Part shown: positions 25,960-37,468 of the stretch, piece by piece | Layout of the letters: every line of letters begins with the position of its first letter | Position numbering within the stretch: the stretch's first letter is position 1 | Source of the DNA: Ruditapes philippinarum | Lineage: Eukaryota | Length of the DNA stretch: 63,501 nt | Reading direction: 5' to 3' | Assembly: GCF_026571515.1 (NCBI RefSeq) | Contig: NW_026865652.1 | Coordinates: 1-63,501 of the forward strand | The notes under the pieces: model-generated | Seen by the model: only the letters and a program-made list of their open reading frames with translations | What the model was told of the DNA's origin: nothing | The model's database searches: none | Translations under genes and position numbers: made by a program

Positions 25960-26030
25960 TGCGCCGCCCGGGAATCGAACCCGGGTCGCAAGAATGGGAA
26001 TCTTGCATGATACCACTACACCAGCGGCGC
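25960..26030 (-). tRNA. tRNA-Gly(CCC)
   Basis: GCGCCGCTGGTGTAGTGGTATCATGCAAGATT-CCC-ATTCTTGCGACCCGGGTTCGATTCCCGGGCGGCGCA: 71 nt, paired acceptor stem, A and B boxes, anticodon CCC. Confidence 0.97.
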
Positions 26031-27439
26031 TCTCGTTCAAACATACCACAATATATAATCTAAACCGTTAGTATCTTAAATATTTCAGCAATGTTAAAGA
26101 CACTAGCATTAGTGCACTAGCCTGATCCACACAATTTTTTTGTTTTGTAATAAAATGTGTAGCTATTTGTTGTTATTTTAAAGCACACACATTTAAATGG
26201 ATTGAGGCCCTAGCTGCAAACATCCTAAGCCTCCCCCTCCCGAATGATTTAGGGTATAATTTTGACTGAAATTGTGCATGTGTTGTGGAAAGGCGAGATA
26301 TGTAACTTCTTTTGTTTGAAGCACGAATTAGAAGGAATTATTTTCCATATATTAAGTAAAGTGTGACATGAGTGCACGGTATTTTCGTGCAGTATTTCAG
26401 CCTGCGGAAGTTCATTCAGTTTTGGGTAACTGTCCGGTTCACATCGTTAATTAAAAAAAAGTAGAAAGTAAATAATTATGAATAAAGTATGTTTCATTAA
26501 TGGGTAGTGTGTGAACAGGTATGCATTTGTAAATTTGTAAATTGGCGTCGAAGTGTTTTCTTTAAAGTAGTAGAAAAATAATATTGTGTGATATAAAATA
26601 TGATGAAATATTGTATGCATTGTTGTACCATCGGCTACCCAAGTGATTCAAATACAATTGAAGTTAGACTGAGATGTGTTTTATTCGTTTAATATGACTT
26701 AGTAGATAACCAAACACATGGGATATACATTGGAGTAACTCTTGAGTTTAGTGCTTTACTATATGAAAATGTACATGTTTTATTTGTTAGTACTAGTTAA
26801 TATACATTTGAACATACCATTTTCTAATATTCAAACTAACGAACTTTTTTGTTCATAAAAGTTTTCAGTTTCAGTTTTTATTAAACCAAGGCATATAATA
26901 TGCAACTGGTTATAACAAACAAACAGAAAAATAACAGTCAAAAATCACTAATATCATAATAAAAAATACAATTATGACTAGCTAAATAAACACAAAAAGG
27001 AGATCATATTGTTCATTTCAAGTACTGAATTCAATACAACATGTATTTTACATTGTAACAAAATTAATGGGAACGGACAATGAGAAGTATTAATTATCTA
27101 AATTTTAGCATAATGTTTTTTACAAAATAATGATAGTTTTAGTAGAATCTTTTTATCACAACTATTCATTGATCTGTCAAGTTAAAAAATATTGGGATGA
27201 ATATAAAAACTGGTAAAGAGATTTACGTCTTATGTCATTAGAGAGATATAAAATTTTCGTTAAAACGACATGTTGGGGGCCTCACATTATTTGATGTTGT
27301 ATAGGGTTAACAGTTAGTTTCGGTTCATTTACAGTTATACAGTATTGCCCTTGGAACTTCACTTTCATCATTAATCCAATACAAATTCGTTTAATACTAA
27401 AAATATGTACTTGCATCTAAGCCTTAAAATTTTGATATG

Positions 27440-27590
27440 CGGCAAAACCCCGTCAGGGGCCAGCCGTTGTTTCCTTGAGAAAGAAACTTTACACTCATTG
27501 CTCAGTACTGGTTGGTTCCAGGAACAGATTCGAAAGTGTGTCTATAAGCTAATAGCTTCCTACACAATCGAACTAAAATAAATTCTGTAT
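27440..27590 (+). mobile_element. CORE-type SINE fragment
   Basis: TCCTTGAGAAAGAAACTTTACACTCATTGCTCAGTACTGG resembles the invertebrate CORE domain as recalled. Confidence 0.5.
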
Positions 27591-28353
27591 AAACCAAAAA
27601 TGTAAAAATACGATATTTTACTATGAATATATCTAAATTAAAATCCTGTTTATATATTATTACAAGGTAAATAGTTTCGTGTTTTTTTTTTTTTTTTTAT
27701 CTTTTTTTTTCTTTTTCTTTTTTTTTTTTTGGGGGGGGGGGGTAATATTTTCGAAATGCATTGACTTGTATGTACTGTCGTACTGTCACCACCGTACTGT
27801 CGCGCTGGCCATAAGGAACACCGTAGTTAACTGTATTTGTCACTGTTTTGAAATTAGGGGGTGAAAAAAACATGCTTCTCAACCTTATAATAGTGTTAAC
27901 GTCATTGTTATAGTTATTTATAAACAAACGTATTAAACGACAGAAAAATATTGGACAAAAACATGCCTTTTGCTGTCCAAGATGACGATGCTTGTGAGCT
28001 GCAGCCGTAATATAGTTCAAGGAAATATAACAAAAATTATCAATAAACTTTATGGTTTTCCCCCTTAAATGCTCTATCATTTCAAAAACTCAGTTATAAG
28101 TTATATTTTACACTTTTTACATTAGTTTAAGATCTAAAGTTGTTACAAGATGTCGCCGATACAGCAAAACCCTGACGTCAATGACGTCAACGTAGTACGA
28201 TGCGCAGTCTTTTTTGCGCATCGCTTATACTGATGACGTCATAACGTCTTATAAACGTCTTTATTGTCTAAGCAACAGCTATCGTTTACATAAGGAAATT
28301 CCATTATTTTTAATCAAACGAAGAAAATGTAGATTACTGGTGACACACGGAAT

Positions 28354-29123
28354 ATGCGGAGGGCGGGGTCAGATGAGTATTTGGATGTTCAACAAAAAAT
28401 TCCTTCAGTGAAACATGATGTGTTGTTTTCTAAGGCCAGATACGTTCTAAACCAGAGACATATCAAGCGACCCTGGTTTAACCTCAACCCTTTCTTGGAG
28501 AAGACAGATGAAAATATCGACCTTGAGAATTTTCTGCCGGAAGAAAGCAAATATATTCAGCCACTCGAGTCTCTGGTTTTATGTGAAAGTTTTCACAATG
28601 ACAATTCTCTAGATACAAAGGAAATATCCATCGGTAAGATGTTTAAAAAAAAATTAATTTAGAATTTACATCGATAATAACGGTACAATTATTAATTTAC
28701 TCTTTGATATTTATACTTAAATACAGACATGTGAAATGGTATTATTTCTATCTTCCAGCATATTTTATCCAGTATTGTTGTCACATGAGATAACATATGA
28801 CACCAGGCAGTAGAGCTCGAACCCACTTCTGTATTGACATGTAAATCATACCACGAGATCACCACATCCGCTATTAATAGTAATTTTTGTATTTGAATCC
28901 AATTTTTTGTTATTTTGTTCTTCCAGAAAATTTCTTTGAATACTTGTTTTCGCATGAGTGGCAGAAGGGGTGTTCAATTCGTATTCTAGAAGGTCAACTC
29001 CTAGACCAGCTTCTCATTGGACTTTATAGGCTAGAGAATGAAGGGGTCGCAGTGCGTCATACAACCTATGCGTTTGCTAGGAACAATCGACCTAGAACTG
29101 GATGCTACAAATTAGGTGAAGGG
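28354..29123 (+). CDS. Possible upstream coding exons (28354-28633, 28927-29123) of an unknown gene
   Basis: Donor G|gtaag (phase 1) fits acceptor ttccag|AA; donor GGG|gtatgg (phase 0) fits the phase-0 acceptor at 37469; no recognisable domain. Confidence 0.4.
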
Positions 29124-29491
29124 GTATGGAAATTTATTTTGTATAGGAAATTATATTCTTGTTTACTTTATGTTGTTTAGTATGAGACTTCAAACAACCA
29201 GTTTATTTTCGTAGTTTAAATCGAAGAGCTTTAATTACAGTCACCTCCCTTGCTACTTAAGAACTTTATACTACCATCCGTAATCATTCTAGAACAATTA
29301 TGTTTGTTCAAAACGGACTTGCAAACCAGAGAGTTGTTAAGGAGCCGGAAATTGTGCAAAATAGATACATGTCATTAAATTCATGTAAAATAATTGATTC
29401 TATATTACAAGCTATTTATAAGCAACACACATGTAAGGTTTTTTATGCTGAGAATAGAAATTCATTTACTTTTGCCTTTATCTTTCCACAG

Positions 29492-29920
29492 ATAAAGGAT
29501 ATCAACACTCAACATGATAAAATGCCACATAGTTTCACTCGCCGTCCCGGCTCGTGAAAATATGTCGCATTTTATCATGTTTCGTGAAAATATATTCCAT
29601 ATTTCACTCAAACGAAAACATATCCTCTTACTATTTATCACATATATAAAATAAGAACAGTAAACTGTTAAAATGAGTGATTTTTCATTGACGCGCCTCT
29701 AGTAGAACGCAAACAACGCTACTGGGATCCTACATATTACCGGACAAAATATGATGTTTTTTCGCTGTAACTTTTATTTGAAATAGTAAAAAAAGAATGG
29801 AATTTTACCCAAATAATTTTGAGTTCTTAATACATAGAGGATATTTATTTTTTTGTGTGTAAGATGAAATTTTATTTCATCGAGTGGGCTTTAAAAACAG
29901 TATTCTCACGAGTGGTGTAA
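29492..29920 (+). mobile_element. Diverged relatives of the hairpin (Crypton-like) family
   Basis: ATAAAGGATAT...TTTCACTCGCCGTCCCGGCTCGTGAAAA...CTATTTATCACA...TTTTCATTGACGCGCC, and a second ATAGAGGATATT start near 29834. Confidence 0.55.
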
Positions 29921-30238
29921 AACATTATAAAAGTAAACATTACTTTAACAAACATGACATTAAACATTTGACCGTAGAAATGTGTCTTTAAAGTAGGGCA
30001 TTATAAGACAGAAAATCGTGTAGACAGCTCAATTTACCGGACATAGCATTTCGATTTTTTTTTGAAATCGTGAATTGAAATTAATCTTTAAATTTCAATT
30101 CAATTCAAATTTTATTGCATTTTTCGACAAAACTTTGCCTTTGGCAATACATACAAAACATACATAAATCACTTGAAATATGACATACATTCAATACAAA
30201 TACACAATGTTCACATAAAGTGCAGAAACATATCAAAT

Positions 30239-33200
30239 TTACAATTCTTGCATTGTTTCTAAAACACTAGATCTTAATGCGAATGCTTTATCTAAAAATT
30301 TACATAGTTGCAATATTCTACTTTTATTTCCTGATGACATAATAGAATAGAACTTATTTAAAGTTGGAAAAGATACATGTTTTATAAAAGATTTTCTCAG
30401 TTCTGAATATAAGGGACAACCTCGAAACAAAACTGTGTTTTATATTTCTTATAGTAGTCAAGCTTTGGCATATTATCTATACAGTCATGCCACTGTTGTA
30501 AAAATTGATCTCTTATTCTCTGCTTAAATAACATATTATAATTGACATTAACTGCATAGTCATAAATAATGTACGGGAAGCCCATATCAGTAATAACAGA
30601 GTGAACGCGTTTAGCCCAGCATTTTTCATTCCCATTAATACATTGGTCTAAATAAATATGGTATATAGGCGCCTGCTGGCGCTTAACGATTTTATTCCAA
30701 AATTGTAAAGCTCTTTCCTTACATAGAACAGACAAAGGAAATTTACCTAGTTCCCCATAGATAGCACAATTTGGGGTCTGTCTTTTGACACCTAAAACAT
30801 ATTTATAAAATCTTATCTGTAGTTTATCAATATCTTTCAGCTTATATATACCCCAAACCTCTGACCCGTATAATAAGATTGGAGCTACCATTCTTTCAAA
30901 TAAGTATAATTTTGTTTTAACATCGAATTTAACTCTATCAAAGAGTGCGAGAAGATTGTGGTAAGCTCTTAAACCTTGATCTGATAGTGCTTTCACAGCT
31001 TCAACAAAGCTACCTGTGTAAGAAAATTTCACTCCTAAATATGTAAAACTATCTACTTTTTCAACCAATTGACCATTTATAAATAAATTAAAATTATGGA
31101 CTGACTTACGTTTTTCAAATACACATATTTTAGTTTTATTAACATTTATCTTCAAACCCCAATTACATGAATATTCAAAAACATTATCAACTTGTGCCTG
31201 CAAGCTTGCAGGGTCAGTTGTAAACAACACAATATCATCCGCAAAAAGTAACAAATATTTAGATAAAAGGTTTAGGTCGTTGTTAGACATTTTGTTAAGA
31301 TCTATACACTGATCAATATCATTAAGGAATAAAATAAAAAGCAAGGGAGATAATGGCTCGCCTTGTTTTAAGCCTAGAGTTACCTCAAAAAAATCAGAAA
31401 AATTTGATTTAGAATCAATTTTGACACAAGATAATACAGAAGAGTAAATGGATTTTAACATAGTAACCATTTTACAGCTAACGCCATTTTCAATCAATTT
31501 AATCCACAATGCATCTCTTATTACAGTATCAAACGCTTTTTCATAATCTATGAAAATACAATATAGTTTTGATTTGTTGTCAAGTATCTTCTGGATAAGG
31601 GAATGTAGAATAAAAATAGCGTCAGCTGTAGATCTAGAATCTCTAAAACCAAACTGTACATCGTTAAAAATTTGTTCTGATTCACACCATTTATTTAACC
31701 TATTACGTAGTACTAGGGAAAATATTTTTGCCATACAATTTACTAACGTGATGCCACGGTAATTTGAAGGATTTTCGGGATCACCTTTCTTATAAATAGG
31801 TACAATTACCCCTTTACACCATGCTTCTGGGTAAATGCCAGTCTCAAAGATTTTATTGAAAATAGTACACAAATATGGGCTTATAAATATATTAGCATCA
31901 ATGAAAAAGTCAGCAACAATATTTAAATAATCAGCACTCTTATTTCTATTCAACGAAGATATAGTTTTCGACACTTCCTCCACACTGATCGGACAATCTA
32001 ACTGGTCAATATATAACGGTGCATCACGTGACTGAATAAAATCGTCTGCATTAAAATTACTGTGCTGCAAATTAGAAATATTTGAAAAATGGTTAACAAA
32101 ACTATCTGAATCTAAGTTGTTTCTATCCGACGGGCTACGTTTGAATTTATTTATGTATTTCCAAAACTTACGCGGTGAGGTTTTTGACATTTGTGACATA
32201 TTAATTTTTTCTTTAGAGTAAAATATCGCTTTTGCTCGTCTCTTAACCTTTATATATTCCCGTCTACTTGACAAGAATAACAACTTATTATCATTACACT
32301 TATTTACATTAAAGGCTCTTTTTTTATTCAAAAAATCTGCTTTAGCATTTCTGCAATTCACATTAAACCAGGCAGCTTTTTTAACCTTTTTACAAGGCTT
32401 TTGACAAAATGTTTTCCCAAAGCACTTAAAAGAGATTTCAAAAATTTCGTCGGACAAAGAATTTACACAATTATCAACATCAGTTTCGCCCAACACAAGT
32501 TTCTGTGACAAATTGTCAAATATATGCCTTTTTGCCTCCAATAGATTTAAAAAAGATTCTGTTTCATCGCTGTTCCATATAATTTTTTGTTGTTTTTCAG
32601 GTCTGGTATAATTAATATTTAAATCATTTTTGTAGCTTATTGAAAAAGAAATTGGGCAGTGATCAGAAAACTCAGTCATGTCCATAACACATACGTCATT
32701 TAAAGATGAAAAATTCTCAAACTTTGTTATTAAATAGTCTACTGTACTCTGTGTCGATCTGTTTCTATATTTAGAATGAAAAGTACAATCGCCGGGTTCT
32801 AGCCGGCCATTAACAATACGTAGGTTATTTTCTTTACACATTGACAATAATTTGTTTCCAAAAGAGTTCACATGAGTGTCCGTATTTTTACGTGTTGTGG
32901 TGCTTTCTTCCACTTCCGGTGGGAGAACTACATACCGGTCCAAGTTAATATTGTCTACGTAATCGGGTTTTTCACCCGTCCTCGCATTATAATCTCCCGT
33001 ACAATAAACATGCCCTAGGTCACTATATTTACGGATTTCTTCATTGAGGTTATCAAAAAAATCATATTCAAATAAGGTTGAGTTAACATTTTTATAAACA
33101 TATGAGTCTTCCGGTGGTATATAGCAAGTACTAATATAAATGTCTTTATCAGATCCAAAACATTCTTTTTTAAGCTTAAGCCAAATTATTCCTTTGTTAT

Positions 33201-33477
33201 TAATGCTCACTATTTCTAATTTATTAATAAATTTTTCCTTATAATATATAACTATGCCACCGCTATTCCGTTTTGCTTTCGATTTACTATTTGGTCTTGG
33301 GCAGTTTGCATACTCAAACCCATTAATTTTTAAATTCGAAAATTTAGATGTCCATGCTTCCGTCAGAAGTAGTAAATCATAACCAGAAATAAAGTTTAAA
33401 AAATCACTATCATTCAGTTTAGAATTCAAGCCTTGTATATTCCAAGAGAGTACATTTAGGTATTCCCATGAGGGTTC
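30239..33477 (-). CDS. LINE ORF2: APE endonuclease plus reverse transcriptase (frameshifting deletion near C-terminus)
   Basis: SWNIQG, LTEAW, GDYNAR, VDY, SDHCP (APE); NYRGITL, QFGFR, DYEKAFD, GLKQGEPLSP, LFADD, YLGV (RT). Frame is open from the ORF1 stop to 30397; the true C-terminus is in the 30239-30430 frame. Confidence 0.92.
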
Positions 33478-34390
33478 CTAATGTATATTGCCGGGGGCAG
33501 CAGTTTCCATTCGTGTCGGGTTACTATTAGTTCCAGTACCGGGTAAAGATGTAAGGTTCTCAATCTCTGGTATAGGAAGCGCGTCAACCGTGTACATTTT
33601 ATTGTTAACGTATAGCTTATCAACATGTAGACTAGCACGTATGCCTGCTTCACGCGCTTTCTTAAGGGACGGATATAGTAATCTACGACGCTGTTGCACA
33701 ATAACCGGATATTGGTCACTAACACTGCGATTGGACAAATCACTGTTGTCAAAGACTCTCTGTTTTATATTTATCTTATCTTTGAAATAGTTGAATTTTA
33801 CGACAATGGGTCGTCTTTTATTAACTTTGTATTGCCCAATTCGGTGCGCTCTATCAATTTTAATAGATTCATCCGCGTCATTCATATTGAGTGTTTCTTT
33901 ACAAAATTTAAGGATTTTTGCTTCACAATTTTCCTCCTTGCGCTCTGTAGCGGTTTCACACTCGGCAAAGTCGTAGAAAAGTAGATTATCCCGCATTGAT
34001 CTTGTTTGAATATCAATCAAATCTTCCGATACCCGGTTATGATCACAGATCAAAGACTCGTAATCCTTGCGGATTGCCTGGTGACTCTTTTTGTTTTGGT
34101 CTAACTGTTTATCAATTGAAAGCTGTTTTGCTTGAATTTCGTCACATGAACTAGAGTCGTACGCTCTACTGGCCTCAATTTCGGTGATTTGACTTTGACA
34201 ACTGTTCACTTTTGTTTCGAGAAAAGTCACTTTAGTGTCAATGGAGGTCATTTTCTGTGTCAAATTAGATATTTGCTTCTCAATATTGTCTAGCTTTTGA
34301 AGTTTCGTATCAAAAATTTCAAATTTTGAGTCAATTTTATTTTCAAGTTTTTCAAATAAAAGTTGAATGTCTACGCTGCCAATGCCAGGT
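33478..34390 (-). CDS. LINE ORF1 (coiled coil plus L1-type RRM/CTD), N-truncated
   Basis: Heptad-rich region then RSMRDNLLF, IDRAHRIG, RPIVVKF, SDQYP, DKLYVN; frame stays open upstream of 34263 to about 34400 without an ATG. Confidence 0.85.
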
Positions 34391-35163
34391 GATATAATCA
34401 GCTAGGAAACTACGACTATTGAATGGCAAACGACAGACATGCCTGTTATGAAGAGGCCAATATATAGGGTGTAATTGAAATTAACACGTTTAACTCAATT
34501 AACGTATTGATTCTTCATGATCCTTAAACGTATGAAACAGTTTGATATTCAAATGGAATTCTATTCTTTGTCATTCAATGTCCTTTTGGTCATCATGTAG
34601 CATGTTGCAAAAGCCAAAAAATCTGTTTTATTTACATTTCATGTAGAATTTCCTCCCATGGTCTTACGATTTCCTTATATGTCTTAATTTGCATTTCTTT
34701 GTAGAAGACAACGATGAGATACTGTTTGAACTAAATTTAAAATTACTTTTTATCATAAAAAAATTGTTACGATTGTCTCCTGAGATAACGTTGAGAAGAA
34801 TTTAAAGTGTAACCCATCAATATTCGGCATGCGCAGAACAGAATATCCCCCCGCATGACCAGATCATGAAATAACTCGTAAACAAAAGGGTATGTTTGTA
34901 AATAAAGAACTGAATCAACAACATTTACATGAGAGTGTTTTTGTTGTTATTTACTTTGAAACAGAAAGTGTGTGTACGATTCAGACCGGATGATTTTTAC
35001 GTCACGTCAAAGTGTTATAACACTAGTGTTATATCGTTTTTATGTGATAAATGTTTATTTCATGCTTTCCAGTGTTTAATTGTAATATATCAGATGATTA
35101 TATTCTGATAAACCACTAGTGAAATTTATAAAATATAATTTTCACTGTAACCGGACTTTACCT

Positions 35164-35268
35164 ATAATAATAATAATAATAATATCTTTATTTAAAGAAG
35201 GTTACACATTAAGAACATACAATAACAATCATATATATCTTATTTCCAAAGTGGCCTTCTGAAAAAGA

Positions 35269-35312
<44 letters not shown>

Positions 35313-36240
35313 GGACATTCATAGGTAGAAAATGAATGTATAATATGTAATTTTTAGAATAATACAACTCATATACTTTCGATAGGCACTCAACAATTTT
35401 TGTTTAAACATATATGTATATTGCATCATTTGTTCGTTCGTTCATTCGTTCGTTCATATATTTATTCATTCATTCATTCGATCACTCATTCATTCATATG
35501 AACATCAAGATATGCTTTGTATTTTTCTTTAAAACATTTAAGGTTATTAACATTACGAATATTTAAAGGTATATTGTTCCAAATGTTCATGCCATAATAA
35601 GAAAATGTGTCTTTAATATAATTTGTTTTAGGTCTTGTCCATAATACAATATCTTTCCGTGACCTAGATCTTAAGTTATATATTTTGTTGTCGGATAAAG
35701 TCATCAGTTCTGTCATATACGTCGGTGCCATGTTATTTAAAGTTTTAAAAACAAGCACCGCCGTGTGGTATTTGCATCTGTCAAGGAACGGTAACCAATT
35801 AAGAGTTTCGAATAGATTTGTTGACGGAGATCTTTGAGGTTGCTGTAAAATGATTTTAGCAATTCGTTTTTGTAACTTACAAACATTATTTATGTAGTTT
35901 GTGTTTCCTTTACCCCATATAATACAACAATAGTCCATAATGGGCAATATATATGCATTGTAAAACAATAATTTCATATCAAAGTGCAAAAAATACGATA
36001 TTTTTTTCAATAAGGCAATTTTTCCGTTAAGTTTTTTACAAACATTGTCAATTTGCAAGTGCCAATTTAAGTTGTTATCTATGCAAATACCCAAGACTTT
36101 TAGATCAGTTACATTTTCAAGAGCTATTTCATTTATCTTAAGAATTAATTTTCTCATAATATTTACTTTTTGTCTTGTTCCTATTACCATACATTTTGAT
36201 TTATCTGGATTTAAGGCCATATTATTTATTTTGCACCATT
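35164..36240 (-). mobile_element. 5'-truncated CR1/L2-group LINE, copy 2 (ORF 35486-36220)
   Basis: Near-identical to 8373-9450 including 3' UTR and (TTA)n tail. Confidence 0.9.
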
Positions 36241-36519
36241 TATTATTATCTGAATGCGGATGAAAAGAAAATCAAACTAAATGGAATAACAAGCAGAAAA
36301 AAATGCCGCCATACGTAAATTTTGCTTCTATAGGAAAATAAAGTCGATGTCACCATACATCATGTTAAAAATGTAACAAAATTAGAGAAATTTAACAGAA
36401 CTATATTTCAAAATTGATGATGTGACGTCATGATGTGATGACGTCACAAAGGAGAATGCGCGACGTTTTATAGCGGCAAAATCTATAAAAAAAACTTAAA
36501 ATCACTTAAAAAGCATAAA

Positions 36520-36685
36520 ATAAAAAGAAAATTTATTTGTTTTACAATAAGATTGAAATATATTTCATTTGTGAACACCAGCTATTATATTTTCACTCGT
36601 GGCTACGCCACTCGTGAAAATATTGCATCTGGTGTTCAATCAGTGAAATTCAATCTTACATGCAAAACAAACAAATATCCTCTAT
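36520..36685 (-). mobile_element. Diverged hairpin-family terminus
   Basis: TTTTCACTCGTGGCTACGCCACTCGTGAAAA centre, long imperfect arms, ends AATATCCTCTAT. Confidence 0.6.
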
Positions 36686-36952
36686 GTCTTTTGACGTCTT
36701 ATTTGTGATATGCAGGCTTCATAACCCCTGATCCTCTGCATTTAATTACGCCCATTGTTTTCTCGTTTATGCGGAAACTCGTTAATGCGGCACACACTCT
36801 TTTTTCTTAATGAATGGTATGAAAGTGTGCATTTGAAGGTTCTATGATAACCGCCGCAGATGTTTCTAATTTCTATGCTAAAACCGTGCTAGGTGTGTGT
36901 ACGGCAGCGTTCATTTTCCAGCACCAGGCATGAACAGGAGCCTGCAACATTT

Positions 36953-37187
36953 GAGCCGCGTCACGACAAAACCAACATAATGGGTTTGCGAACAGCATGG
37001 ATCCAGACCAGCCTGCGCACCCGCGCAGTCTGATCTGGATCCATGCTGTTCGCTTATAAACCCTATAACAAGTAGAGAAACCGATAGCGAACAGCATGGA
37101 TCCTGATCAGACTGCATGGAGGCGCAGGCTGGTCTGGATCCATGCTGGTCGCAAACCCATTATGTTGGTTTTGTCATAATGCGGCTC
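36953..37187. mobile_element. Sola-type palindromic MITE
   Basis: GAGCCGC...GCGGCTC termini, ~105-bp arms, 4-bp TSD ATTT; GAG ends and AWWT TSD fit the Sola superfamily. Confidence 0.8.
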
Positions 37188-37468
37188 ATTTTCAAATGTC
37201 GTTTTCGACTATCTTTAGGGATTCTTCATCTCTCTCTGTTTTGGTACTGGTTGGGACTGTGTTCAGTGAATATAGCTCTCCCTTGTTGGCTTCGTTCTTT
37301 GTATTATGTTTGTTACATAACATAAATTTTAAGTATTGTTAGAGAAAACGTCGTTTAAAGCAAAGAAGTGTTGAAATGACTTAACAAGTTAAATTGTTAA
37401 AAACACGTGCGCGTGTGTGTGCCGCAAATTTGTGTGTTGGTTGTATAAGACGTTTATTTTGTTTATAG

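Larger units (their letters stand above)
30092..34390 (-). mobile_element. RTE-X-like LINE 1 (5'-truncated within ORF1; ORF1 plus EN-RT ORF2)
   Basis: ORF1 and ORF2 below; AATAAA followed by a (TTGAA)n tail at ~30092-30116. Confidence 0.9.

Noticed and set aside
27680-27742. Poly-T/poly-G run with Phe/Gly ORF (also poly-C/A at ~50735-50762)
   Set aside because: Simple homopolymer tracts.
28740-28900. Minus-strand frame resembling a sushi/CCP domain (GDLVV*FTCQYRSGFEL...ISCDNNTG)
   Set aside because: Interrupted by stops, lacks the conserved Trp and final Cys, and has no splice support.
33456-33984. Overlapping and antisense ORFs on LINE ORFs (also 31550, 59351, 60357, 61530, 62061)
   Set aside because: Shadow frames of real coding sequence with no independent motifs.
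36873-37342. Short ORFs over 36.9-37.3 kb and 46564-46746
   Set aside because: They are translations of the palindromic Sola-type MITE.
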